DNA of 64,000 bases, taken from NCBI GenBank assembly GCA_026936335.1, contig JAPMXV010000051.1, forward strand, positions 1 to 64,000, read 5' to 3'. The DNA is from Mantamonas sphyraenae STR306. Its lineage: Eukaryota > Protista > CRuMs. Of the stretch, positions 23,282-35,043 are shown one piece after another; position 1 is the first letter of the stretch; each line of letters begins with the position of its first letter. The notes under the pieces were generated by a model that saw only the letters and a list, made by a program, of their open reading frames with translations, did not search any database and was not told the origin of the DNA. A program made the translations under genes and the position numbers.

Positions 23282-24857
23282 TCACTCCACAGGGATCCGT
23301 TTGGTCACCCAATGACTCCCATTGACCCATCTGCGCCGGTTGCGATTGTCAGCGTCCAGGAGCAACTTGCCAAACCATGCGACGCCCGCACAGCCTGTGG
23401 CCGAGTACGAGATGACAATGATCTCAATAGGCACCAGCGCACCCATGTACGTGATGTTTTGGTCGCCCGACGCCTTGGCCGCGAGCAGGGCGCCCGTAAT
23501 CAGGCCCGGCAGGCACGCGCACAACATGCTGAATGCTGCCGCAATGGCGTCCTCCCCTTGGAGATCTTCCCACATGGCAACAACCAGACAAAACGCACTG
23601 GCCCCTATTCCCGCCACAATGGGCAGCAGGATGAGCCACGGCGACATGCCCGGCAGCAACCCGTCCAGCCAGCACGCCCACACCACAAAGAACGTCGTGC
23701 ATCCTCCCATGGCCATCACAGGTGCCAGCCCGCCAAACACTCGGCCATTGGACACCTCTTCGGCCAGGAACCCGAGCGCTGCGCACAGATAGATGCCGCT
23801 GTAGCAGTAAGTCGGGATGAAAACGTCAACCCACGGCCAGTCCACCGCGCCGGCCAACCGCAGCATCACAAACACGGGCAACACCGAAAGTTGCGCCACG
23901 GCCAAGGCTCCACCGACAAAAGAAGCGCAGCTGACAAAGATGGCGACGCACCCGGCGGTGTTGTCTTCAAGAACAAGACTGAAGCCGACCAGGACCGAGC
24001 CGACCACGTGGAAGAATTCGATGGCCCCCAACAGGGGCGCAAACACCCAATACCACGACAGGTCGTCCAGCAGGCCATCGCCTTTGGCGGCAGCCAGAAA
24101 GAGGAAGGCTGTAAGGCCCCAGGGCACAAAGGACGAAACGGTGGTGCCGCACGCAAGTGCCGGGTTGTAGCAGCACATGTCTTGCCACACGGTGCGCAAT
24201 GCGTGTTTCCACGGCTTGTCCCACAATGCGTACTGCTCGTGGATGCGCTCCACCACCGAAAAGCGCCTGCGAAAGAGCGAGCGGTAGCCAGTGCGCGCAC
24301 TCAGCCCGTGTTTGTGTACCCTCGTCAGCGTCTCCACCACCGCTTCCTCGTGCAGGCCGTCCGCCCCTTGTGTGACAGGTGCAGGTGGGGCCTTTGGGAT
24401 TCCCCCGTCCCCGTCGTCCTGCAGCTCGTGCCCCTTTGAGTCGCTTGGTTTCCCTTTCCCCCGCTTTCACAGGCACCAGCTTCACATCCCCGCCCTGCCT
24501 GAGGGCATTGCGTGCTGCTCTTTCCAGCTGCGGTTTTTGAATGTCGTCCCAGAAGCCGTCGTAGTCTGGGTGTGTGTAGTGCAGGCGGTACGGCAGCCAG
24601 CGATCTGTGGCTTCCAGCGAGCCCCAATCCCGGTCCAGGAGCAGCGTCCACAGTGCGTCGTCCCTCCACACGCTCTGGTACATGCGTTTGCACGTCCGTG
24701 TCATTGCCGACACGTCGTTCACCTCCAGATACAGCGCGATGTTGTGCAACACCTCCACGGGCAGCCCGCTCAGGCCGCTTTCCACGTCGACATCGTCAAA
24801 GGAAAAGCGCTGGGCCTCGCGCACATCGATCGTGTACACCACTTGCCCGTCTGCCAT
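23282..24857 (-). CDS. F-box protein fused to TMEM185-like multi-pass membrane domain (copy 2)
   Basis: F-box LSGLPVEVLHNIALYLEVNDVSAMTRTCKRMY; frameshift most likely at the G5 run 24458-24462; repeats AKGDGLLDDLSWYWVFAPL, LRLAGAVDWPWVDVFIP, WLDGLLPGMSPWLILLP. Confidence 0.82.
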
Positions 24858-24946
24858 GGTGGATGTGCTAATTGTTGGATGCGATGGCGTGCATTGGCAT
24901 GGCTCTCCCTCCTCTCCCTCTCTCCCTCTCCCTTCTCCCCTCTCCC

Positions 24947-26568
24947 TCACACGGCGTTGGCAGCACGCCCCAGCGGGTGCGTGCGCCAGGCGCGTCGCTT
25001 GCCGTTGAGGCCGTTGATGGCTGCGCCAAAGCCCATGCCAAAGGTAACACTCACAGTGCAGGCATACAAGAGGGTGGGAATGGCAATGGGCACCAGAGCA
25101 CCGGTGTAGGAGATGGCCTGGTCGCCCATCGTCTTGCCAGCCAGCAAGGCGGCCGTGATGAGTGTGGGCAGGAAGCCACACACCACGACACACGCCAGGG
25201 TGGCCTGGTCGCCCTGCGCGTACAACGGGTTGCGCGTCAAGTAGGCGGCCACACAGCACATGGTGGCCACAAAGCCCACAAAGAGTGGGAGCACGACGTA
25301 CCAGGCCGAGGCGTCGCCCAACATGCCGTCCAGGTAGAAGCCCCACAGCAGGAAAAAGGTAAACACCGACGAGACGGCTGTGAACGGAGCAAACGCCAGC
25401 GAATAGTCGCCATCGCCAATCATGCCACAGGCGGCACAGCATGCCAGACACCAGTAGGCTCCGATCCACACATACGCAGGCACAAAGATGAGGTGCCAGG
25501 GCCAGTCGATGACGCCCTCGAGGCGCAGCATCGTAAAGATGGGCAGCAGCAGGAGCTGGCCCACGCCAATGGCCATCACCGAGTAGAGAAAGACAGACAT
25601 GGAGGCCTTGACAGAGGTCGGGTTGGCGCCTGGGGCAGCTGCATGCCGGCTGCGGCTGCGCCCTCCTCCTGCGAATACTCGACAATAGCGTGGGCCATGC
25701 CAAACGAAGCTGCAAAGTGCAGCGATTCGGCCGCAAACAGAAACGGAGCAAAGACGACGTACCAAGACACATCGAGGTAGCCATCGGCCTTGGCTGCAGC
25801 CATGAACAGAAACGCGAGAATGTAGAACGGAGCTGGGACGCTGATGCACGAGAGGCAGGCGAGGTACGGCTGGTAGCAGCACAGGTTGCGATGGATGGTG
25901 CGCTTGGTGATGTTCCACGGGGTGTCGTACTCGATGTGCCGCTCTTCGACCTGGTTGGCCACCTCGTAGCGGCGGTGGTGCAGCTCGCGATAGACCTCGC
26001 GGGGCTCTGCGTTGCCCTCGTGCATGACTCCAAGCAAGGAGGCCACCTCATCGTCAATTTGCATCCCCTGCTTGTCCAGCTCGCTCTGAGGCACGCCGCC
26101 AAAAGCCTTTGCGGCCGACGTGAGCAGCGGTGGGAAGCTGTTCAACGGAGCCTCCTGCAGTTGGTCCTGGTTGTCACCAAACGTGCCGTACGAGGGGTCA
26201 TTGAGAAGTCCCTCGTTTTCATCCCCTCCATCACGTACGCCGGTGGCACGCTGCTCGAGAGTCGGGTCGTCGACAAAATCCCAAAAGTCGAGATTCTCCT
26301 CGCCCGTGTACAGCGTACGCAGGGGCAGCCACAGCTGCTCTGCGTGCAGGGTGCCAAAGTCACGGTCGGCCAGGGTGACGAAAAGAGTTTCGTTGGCCAG
26401 CAGGGACATGTACATGCGCTTGCTGGTGCTGCCGAGCGCCACGACATCGCGTATCGGCAGAAACGACGCCACGCGCACAAGCACTTCTTCTGGCAGCGAC
26501 TGCAGCTGCGGCAGACCCAATTCCACCTCATAGTCGTCGAATTCAGACACAGGAGCGGGTTGTGTCAT
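24947..26568 (-). CDS. F-box protein fused to TMEM185-like multi-pass membrane domain (copy 3)
   Basis: F-box LQSLPEEVLVRVASFLPIRDVVALGSTSKRMY; frameshift at ~25643; repeats AKADGYLDVSWYVVFAPF, LRLEGVIDWPWHLIFVP, YLDGMLGDASAWYVVLP. Confidence 0.82.
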
Positions 26569-26686
26569 CGCTGGTGCTTGCGGGAGGGACGTCGGAAAGG
26601 GGTTTTCTTGTGTTCATTGCGGCGCGACGTTCTCCTTCCTGACTCACCCACTCTTCACCCAACTCCTCCAACCCACCCGCACCCTC

Positions 26687-28261
26687 TCACTCTTCATCAT
26701 CGTTGTCCCCCACAGTCACGACGACGCCTGTAACCTCTGGCTCGTCGTTGCTCGCTGCTCCTTCCTCCACCACGGCGTCGTTCTCCACGCCAGCCATTGT
26801 CAACTTGGTTGTGGACGAGCTTGCGCCCTGTGTTTCCTCCTGCTCCATTTCGTTGTAGTGGGCGACGGCCTCTGGAGTCAGCATGAGCATGAGCGTGCAG
26901 ATCTCTCGCTTGTGCTGCTGCACATAGTCGTGCTCTTCTGCATCGTAGGCAAAGACCATCATGTCGCCGTGTGCATTGGCCACGACAATGTTGCTGTCGT
27001 GGAAGCCGCAGATGGACTCGTCACCCACGCCCGGAATCTGGTGCGAACTCCACACAGAGTCGGACCAGTCGCGCACCACTTCCGGCAGGTACTCGTTGAT
27101 GGCAGTGAGCACACTTCGCTTGTTGCGAGCCACAGTCTCCTCGCCACCCAGCTCCTCTTCCGAGAGGAGGGTAAACACGTGGCAGGTGCCGTGGTCGCTG
27201 GTGCAGGCCAACGCGGTGCTCGAGTCGTTAAAAGCCAACGAATGGATGGTGGCGGACAAGCTTCCGCGTCGAAACTCGCGTCGCAGCTCCAGATGCCGAG
27301 TGTCGAATACGCGAATAAGCGTGCCCTTGCGCGAGGCGGACGCCACGAGCGCGCCGTCTTGCGACACGGCCAGGCAAGCAATGGTGGACTCGTGTGCCTT
27401 GAGGCGCTGTACCTCGCCACTCACAGGTTGCATGAGCAGCAATTCGCCCTCGTGGGCACCCACAGTGACCACCACCGCCGTCTCGTCAGGGTTTCCGTTC
27501 ATGGCCAGCAAGCCCAGCGGGTTGTCGTTTGCCACAGAGCCTGCCGGCTTGAGGTCGTTGAAGCTGTACACATACACGCCGTCTGCCAGCGCCACGGCCA
27601 GGTAGTCCTTGCGCATGGCCACGTTGAGCACACTGGAGCGAAACTCCAGCTCCAGCAAAATGGTGCGTCTGCGGTCGTCCCACAAAAGCACCGTCGACGG
27701 AGGATACCGCGGGTTTGTGCCGCTGCCCACCAACGCCACAAACTGTGACGTGCCCAGCATTTCCACAACATTGAACGCTGCGCCGTCAAAGATCTCTGTG
27801 GGACGAAGGAAAAGGAAAAAGGGGTGGGCGGTGTCGCAAAACGTGTGAGCGAGACACGCCAATCCACGCTGAACCGTACACCGCGTGCGCCATAGTCCCC
27901 TGTATGTATCACAAGGGACGCTTTGTGTGTGTGTGTGTGCGTGTGTGGCTTGCATGGCCAACCTAGTTGGCCGCACTCTGGCCAAAAAGGTCGCCTTTGG
28001 CCATTTCCGCCACGTCATGGCCCCGAATGTGCCCAGCAGACAGCCACAGAGCAAAAGCACACGCAGTGCAATGCATTTTCTGCCCCAAGCAGCCACCCAT
28101 AGCCACGCAAACTCACCTCGGAAATACCGCTGTTTGGTCGTTCCAGACTCAAAGACGCGGTAGCCGTTCAGCGTGCCAGCCACGAGGCACGAGCCGTCCT
28201 GGTTGAACGAGAGGGACAGCGGACGATCGACAACGTGTTCCGCGTCCTGCTTGACTCTCAT
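26687..28261 (-). CDS. ATG18: PROPPIN family WD40 phosphoinositide-binding protein (ATG18/WIPI)
   Basis: SFNQDGSCL, VLLWDD, ASASRKGTLIRVF, EFRRG, SDHGTCHVF motifs; intron 27796-28116 (GTGAGT...CAG). Confidence 0.92.
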   Translation of the reverse strand: MRVKQDAEHVVDRPLSLSFNQDGSCLVAGTLNGYRVFESGTTKQRYFRGEFAWLWVAAWGRKCIALRVLLLCGCLLGTFGAMTWRKWPKATFLARVRPTRLAMQATHAHTHTQSVPCDTYRGLWRTRCTVQRGLACLAHTFCDTAHPFFLFLRPTEIFDGAAFNVVEMLGTSQFVALVGSGTNPRYPPSTVLLWDDRRRTILLELEFRSSVLNVAMRKDYLAVALADGVYVYSFNDLKPAGSVANDNPLGLLAMNGNPDETAVVVTVGAHEGELLLMQPVSGEVQRLKAHESTIACLAVSQDGALVASASRKGTLIRVFDTRHLELRREFRRGSLSATIHSLAFNDSSTALACTSDHGTCHVFTLLSEEELGGEETVARNKRSVLTAINEYLPEVVRDWSDSVWSSHQIPGVGDESICGFHDSNIVVANAHGDMMVFAYDAEEHDYVQQHKREICTLMLMLTPEAVAHYNEMEQEETQGASSSTTKLTMAGVENDAVVEEGAASNDEPEVTGVVVTVGDNDDEE

Positions 28262-28327
28262 GACGGGATTTTGGTTGGAGGGCGCGGCGGTCGCAGGTCG
28301 ACCCACAAGAAAACCCCGCCCCCACCC

Positions 28328-28600
28328 ATGGTCGACAAGGTTGCCTTTGCGCGCCAGATGGTGGTGGGCATGGCCATCTTCAACACGCTGGGCAACTGCA
28401 TCCCAGTGACCATCGAAGTGCAGCAGGATGTAGTCCAGGAAGCACGTGTGCGCGAAGCGCAAGGGGACATTCGCATCCGCTCCGTCCAGGCCCTCTCGGA
28501 CGACCGCACGCGCCTGGATTATGACAAGACCTGGCGCGGGGTGTTTTCCACGTCGTGTTTGGATGAATGGGCACGCGCGGGAGTCGTCGGAAGGCGGTGA
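28328..28600 (+). CDS. Small hypothetical protein (90 aa)
   Basis: ATG in CCCACCCATGG context; fills the gap between the ATG18 start and the MetH stop; segment QALSDDRTRLDYDKT resembles the end of a J-domain. Confidence 0.35.
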   Translation: MVDKVAFARQMVVGMAIFNTLGNCIPVTIEVQQDVVQEARVREAQGDIRIRSVQALSDDRTRLDYDKTWRGVFSTSCLDEWARAGVVGRR

Positions 28601-28662
28601 GAGACGAGGACGTGCGCAGTGCAACGCGAAGCAAAAAACCCCTCCATTTTTCCCCCTCCTCC

Positions 28663-30050
28663 TCACTCATACCCAAGAATCGGTGCCAGCCAGTACTCGG
28701 TTTCCTCGACTGTTGTGCCGGTCCTCTCGGCGTAGTCCTTGACCTGGTCCTGGCACACCTTGCCGACCTGGAAATACTTTGCACACTCGCCGGCAAAGTA
28801 GAGGCCTGACACGCTTGCGCCAGGGGTCATGGCGTACCCTTCCGTGAGCTGCACGCCCACAGTCTCTTCAGCGTTGAGCAGATCAAAGATGACGCGCTTC
28901 TCGCGGTGGTCCGGCTGCGTCGGGTATCCCGGGGCCGGGCGAATGCCCTGGTAGGCCACACGGTGCAGTTCGACCTCGCTGAGTGATTCGTCCTTTGCGT
29001 ATCCCCACGTCTCGGTGCGCACCTCCCTGTGCACCCACTCTGCTGCGGCCTCGGCCAGGCGGTCGGCCAGCGCAGACACCATCAGCGAGCCGTAGCCGTC
29101 GTTGTCTGCCTCAAAGGCCTCGATCATGGCCTCGACGCCTTCGGTGGAAGTGACAAAGCAACCCACGTAGTCGGCCACGCCCGAATCCTCCGGCGCCACA
29201 AAGTCGCTCATGCACAAGTAGCCCGATGCACGCGATGCGCTTTCGGCCTGTTGGCGCAGGCCGTGAAACACGTTGGCCACCTCGCTTCGGCTCTCGTCCG
29301 TCCACACCACAATGTCGTCGCCACGGCTGTTGGCCGGAAACAGACCATACACGGCCTTGACTGTCAGCTTCTTGTCCGCCACAATCTTTTCAAGCATGGC
29401 CTGCGCCTCGCCAAACACCACACGGCACTGCTCGCCCACCTCCTTGTCGTCCAGGATGGCTGGGTAGCTGCGCGTCGGGTACGTGCCTCGCAGCTCGTAC
29501 GTGGAAAAGAAGGGCTTCCAGTCGATCACCTCCACCAGTGTGGGCAGCGGGATGTCCTTGTGCACCGTCACGCCCAGCTTCGCCGGCGTCACCACCGACG
29601 CCTCGCTCCAGTTCATGACCGGCGCACTCGCACGCGCCTCCTCCAGCGTCTTGTACTTGCGCATGGCCAGCGAACCGTAGTGCTTCTCGCGCAGCGCCTC
29701 GTACTCTGCACGCACTTCCTCCACAAAGTCGTGGCTCAGGCTCTTGTCCAGCAGCGAGCTGACCACGCCCACGCTGCGCGACGCGTCCAGCACATGGATC
29801 ACAGGTCCACTGTAGCACGGCGCAATCTTGACGGCCGTGTGCAGCCTGCTCGTGGTTGCGCCTCCAATCAGCAGCGGGATGGTCATGCCCGCACGCTCCA
29901 TCTCGCGCGCCACCGTGCACATTTCCTGCAGCGACGGCGTAATCAGGCCGCTCAGGCCCACAATGTCCACCTGCTCTTCCTGCGCCTTGGCAATGATGTC
30001 CTGCCACGGCGTCATCACGCCAAGGTCGATCACCTTGTAGTCGTTGCAGC

Positions 30051-30096
<46 letters not shown>

Positions 30097-30240
30097 CTTT
30101 ACGGTAGCCATCAGCACTGTCCCTGCATAGTTGTGCTCCATCGCCTCGCCCTCTGCCAGGCCCATCTCTGCGCGCTTCTCCTCCTCCATAAACGGGATCA
30201 GGTGCGCCACGGCCTTGCGCATCACGCGCGCGCTCTTGAT

Positions 30241-30273
<33 letters not shown>

Positions 30274-30283
30274 CAGGTCACCC

Positions 30284-30315
<32 letters not shown>

Positions 30316-32777
30316 AATCACGTCCAGCGTGCGCGCAGAGGCCACGCGTGCCTCTTCCGCGTCCTCTTCCGCGTACTTGTCGATGCCCTTGACCAGCGCG
30401 TGCGTGATGCGCTCCTCCACGCTCCACTCGCGCCACTCCAGACCTGCTCCGCTTGCCTTTTTGTCTTCTCCGTTGGCCTTGACCTCCAGCGAGTACTCCA
30501 GCAGCGCCTCTGTTGCGTTGTCGTTCCTGTTCAGCAGCACGTCCTCGATCAGCGTCAGCATCTTGGGCTCGATCTCGTCGTAGATGGTGATTTGACCCGC
30601 GTTGACAATGGCCATGTCCAGGCCGGCCTTGATGGCGTGGAACAGAAACGCGCTGTGCATCGCCTCGCGGATCCTGTCGTTGCCGCGGAACGAAAACGAC
30701 ACGTTGCTCAGGCCGCCGCTTGTCTTTGCGCCGGGGCACACCTCTTTGATCTCGCGGCAGGCCTCGATAAAGTTGACGGCGTAGGCGTTGTGCTCCTCGA
30801 TGCCTGTGGCCACGGTGAGGATGTTTGGGTCAAAGATGATGTCGCTTGGCGCCATGCCCACCTTGGCCGGATCCACAAGGATCTCGTACGAGCGCTTGCA
30901 GATGTTGACCTTGTTTTCCTTGCTTGTGGCCTGGCCCTCCTCGTCAAAGGCCATGCAGACGACGGCCGCGCCGTAGCGGCGGGCCACACGCGCCTTGTCG
31001 ATAAAGTCCTGCTCGCCTTCCTTGAGGGAGATGGAGTTGACGATGCACTTGCCCTGGGCACACTGCAGGCCCGCTTCAATGACCTCAAAGTTGGAGCTGT
31101 CGATCATGAGAGGCAGCTTGCTGACCTCCGGGTCCGAGGCGAGCAGGAGGACAAACTTGCGCATGCACTCGACGGCGTCCAGCATGCCGTCGTCCATGTT
31201 GATGTCGATGATCTGGGCGCCGTTGTTGGCCTGCTCCACGGCAACGCTGAGGGCCTCGTCGTACTGGCCCTCCTTGATGAGGCGGCAAAACTTGCGTGAG
31301 CCGGCCACGTTGCAGCGCTCGCCGATGTTGACAAAGGGGATGTCTTCGGTGAGGTAGAGGGGCTCGAGGCCTGCGTAGGTGGTGTACTTGGGCAGGGTGG
31401 GTGGGACGCGCGGCTTTGCGCCGCTGCTAGCCAGAGCGTCGGCGATGGCCTTGATGTGTGCGGGCGTGGTGCCGCAGCAGCCGCCTGCCAGGTTGAGGAG
31501 CCCCTCCTTGGCAAAGGCGACGGCGTACTCGCCCATGCTTTCGGGAGTCTCGTCGTAGCCGCCAAAGGTGTTGGGCAGGCCTGCGTTGGGGTAGCAGAGC
31601 ACAGGCAGTTCTGTGTGCTCGGCCACCTCGACGAGGAACGGACGCATCTCGGCGGGGCCCAGGGCGCAGTTGAGGCCGACGGCAAAGGGCCTTGCGTGCG
31701 CAACCGAGGCGAGGAACGCCTGCGAGGTCTGGCCGCTCAGAGTGCGGCCGCTCATGTCGACGACGGTGCCGCTGATCATGATGGGCACGCGTGCGTAGCC
31801 CTCCTCCTCAAACAGGGTCTGGATGGCAAAGAGGGCGGCCTTTGCGTTGAGGGTGTCGATGATGGTCTCGACGAGGAGGAGATCGACGCCGCCGTCGAGC
31901 AGGCCACGCGCCTGTTCGAGGTACGCGTCCTTCATCTCGTTAAAGGTCAGCTCGCGGTACCCGGGGTTCTCCATGGACGGCGACAGGGACAGGGTCTTTG
32001 TGTGGGGCCGAGGGCGCCTGCGACGTAGCGTGGGATGCCGGTACGCTCGGCGACGGCCGTGGCCGCCTCCTTGGCCAGCTTGGCGCTCTCGATGTTGAGT
32101 TCGTACACGTACTCCTCGCAGTGGTAGTCGGCCTGCGAGACGGTGGTGGCCGAAAAGGTGTTGGTTTCAATGATGTCTGCGCCTGCGTCCAGGTACTCCT
32201 CGTGGATCTGGCGGATCAGATCGGGCTTGGTCAGCGACAGGATGTCGTTGTTGCCCTGCAGGTCGTGCCCGTGCTTCAAGAAGCGCTCCTGGGTGCCGCG
32301 GTAGTCCGCCTCCTTGAGCTCAAATTGCTGGATCCGCGTGCCCATGGCGCCATCAATGATCATGATGCGCTCTTCCATGATGCCACGCAGGGTTGCTTCC
32401 ACTGGGAGGGTGCGTGTGAGTGCGAGCGACAGGGTGCATGCGCAGGTGTCAACCGCGGCATGGATTTTTTCCACCGCACGAAAATGTTTGCATGCACGCA
32501 CGGCGCCGTGGACGGGCAGAGGGTGGTGGTGGGGCTCCCTGCGCGGGGCAGGTGCTACTTGGATGCGTGGCGCAGGCTGGGAGGTGTTTTTCCGCGCCCT
32601 GGGAGTGGTGGCTTGGGTGCGAGCGGCGCCGGGGAGGATTGTTTCGGAGCTCGGAAGCTCGCTGACGTGTGGCGGGATCCCGCGCAGGAAGTGGGAACGA
32701 ACGGCGTGGCAGGGACGGTGGCAGGTGGTTGGAATGTGTCACGTCGTGGTGTGGGGTGGGTACTTACGTTCCGCCAT
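28663..32777 (-). CDS. MTR: Cobalamin-dependent methionine synthase
   Basis: [39 protein letters not shown]12-binding [17 protein letters not shown]. 10-nt exon 1 (32768-32777), intron 32402-32767 (GTAAGT...CAG), one 1-nt frameshift at ~32002. Confidence 0.97.
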
Positions 32778-32929
32778 GGTGATGGGTGTGTGGGGATTTG
32801 GATGAACGGGCTGGCGCGAGGAGGAGGAGTTCAGCACGACTCAGATTGGAGAGTGAGGGGAGGATGGGGCTCGGAGATTGGGTTGGGAGTCTGTTGACGT
32901 GTGGGGTGTGGCTGCTCCAACGCAACAAC

Positions 32930-34991
32930 ATGAATCCACGCTCTGCAAGCACATGCTTTCTTGTGCTCCTCGTCGTTGCGGTTGCATTTGGTTCCCCTGC
33001 CCCCATGTTGAAAAAACGGGGGAGCGCGTATTATCGTTCTCTCAGCACGGCATGGATGCAGTTTGTTAACTCCTCTCTCACCGGCGATGCACCTGGTCGG
33101 TGGGTCGAGAACGAGAAGAAAGTCGAATTGCCAGCGGCTGCTCGCGCTAGCAGCCGTACTCCCCACGCACCGGCCGCCCTAGCCTCTCTCCATGAAGTCC
33201 TCTTTCTCAACAAGATGGGTGCTGACATGCAGCTTGTCTTTGAGGGCCTAGCAGACTCGTGTAAGGGTTCCCTCGTCACAGACGCGGTCCCGCACTCACT
33301 AACGCACGCATGCAGTCAACAACACACACGGGAAACATGACGAAACAGTTTCTACACATTCCCTCTTTCTTTCCATGCACAGTGGCATGTGGCGAGACCT
33401 CCTGTCTGCGACGTCGGATGCAGACGATGAAAGTGGAACCCCGATTCGTTTCACGGCGGCACAGTACAGCGTGGGCACCATGCAGGCCATGCGAGAATCT
33501 GTTGCTTGGTGCTATGGGCACCCGCTTCCCACAGGAACGCCGCAACTGATTGCAGGCATGCTTGCTGTGGCCCAGTTGTGGCGGATGCCGTTGTTGACGG
33601 GTGAGATTCTTGCCTGGGCCGACAAGAGTGAGCACGATTGCCAGGTGTGGGTGGAAATGTGCGTCGGTGCACACCAATCCTCAGATGCAGGTTCTAACGT
33701 GCTCCACTGGGCAGTGCGTCGACTGGGCCAATGTGGACTTCCACCGGACGCAACCTCGCTGAACTTCCTTCCCACCGACATGTTTGTGGCCGCCATGGGT
33801 CTTCTTCTCAACACAGAAATGGAGAAACCGGATGTCCTAAAAACTGACGCGTATGGAAGGCCGGTGAACACGGCATCCGATACTGCCCAGGCCCCCTCGC
33901 TTGCGGAGTTCGTTGTTTCCTACATTGAGGCGAACGAGGATGCATGCAGTGCCCAACACATTGCACTATTGACTCTTATCCTCGAGGATGTGCCCCATGA
34001 GCGCGAAATGTTGTTTTTGAGACACATGATGGAGCAGGGATCAGATCCACATGCCATGGACATTGTTTGCCGTCGGCTGGCAGGGAAACTGTATGAGCTC
34101 CTTCTTTCGGGGGTGATTGATCTGAACAAATTGCCACCTGAAGTGGTGTGCACTATCCTGAGACAGGACTCGATCAGTTTGCCAGGAGAGGGTTCCGTGT
34201 TGCAACTCGCAAAATGGTACGCCGGAAACAACACGCAAGTTCACTCGCACTCAGAGTTGAGGAAAGTGTTTCGTACTGTCCGCTTTGGCTGTTTGTCACT
34301 GGAAGAGTTGCGCTGGATGAAGCGGGACGGGAAATGGGACACGTTGTTCGTTGACACTGAGACCCTGGTGAACGCTGCAGAGGACATTCTAGCACATCTG
34401 CATGGACAAAACCGATCTCACTGGCAGCCCAGGGATTTTGTATGGGCACCTACCTTGTGGAAGGATCGATCCACGGGAAGCAGGTGCGTTGAGCTGCTAC
34501 CGAACGGACTTCAGCATCGGTCCACTCCCGACCAGGCCATTCCCCATCAGCCCCATCAGCGATCGAAACGGGTAGTGTGGATCTCCATGCAATGGGTTCT
34601 TGATGGGCAGACGGTTCTTTTCAAAGTGCCGGAGGGACTCTCGAGGTGGACCTGGTCGATTGGTCTGGTTGACGATGTCCCGGGTCAAACTCCAGTTGTT
34701 TCGATTGGGCTCAGTTTCCAACGGGAACGGGGAAGAGCAACCGTGATTGATCCAATCAATCAGCATCATCAACAGCGCAGATACTGGCAGGGTTCATTGG
34801 TCCGCATGGAGATCAAGGACAACATGGTGGTGTTCCATCGCGATCGAAGAATGCACCACGAACAGCCTGTAAGGGTGAAAATGATACCGGGAAAACGTTA
34901 CCATGCTGGTATCATTATGGTTCAGGACGGTTACAGCGACAGCGAGTGTCGAGAAGAGAGGAAGTGGCAGTTCACCACTGAGTCCGGCTAG
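32930..34991 (+). CDS. BTB/POZ-BACK-like protein with apparent N-terminal signal peptide and C-terminal beta-rich domain
   Basis: LFLNKMGADMQLVF...THSLFLSMHSGMWRDLL (BTB) after splicing intron 33261-33315 (GTAAGG...CACTAAC...CAG); BACK-like LNKLPPEVVCTILRQDSISLPGEGSVLQLAKWY...VFRTVRFGCLSLEEL. Confidence 0.8.
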
Positions 34992-35043
34992 AAATGCATA
35001 TGATCATACTCTGACACCACACTGTCCATTCCTGACCTCCCTT

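Noticed and set aside
27796-28116. Stop-free 3n introns (321 nt in ATG18; 105 nt at 42210-42314) as regulated intron retention
   Set aside because: Stop-free stretches of this length are common at this GC content; no evidence without RNA data.
29029-31299. 756-aa + strand ORF, and similar long antisense ORFs (1301-2731, 17514-19616, 21338-22990, 50332-52137, 59898-61373)
   Set aside because: Shadow frames opposite well-supported genes in GC-rich DNA; no recognisable motifs.
31990-32010. Programmed -1 frameshift or B12-linked recoding in methionine synthase
   Set aside because: No X XXY YYZ slippery heptamer, and similar single-base breaks occur in many unrelated genes; assembly error is more parsimonious.
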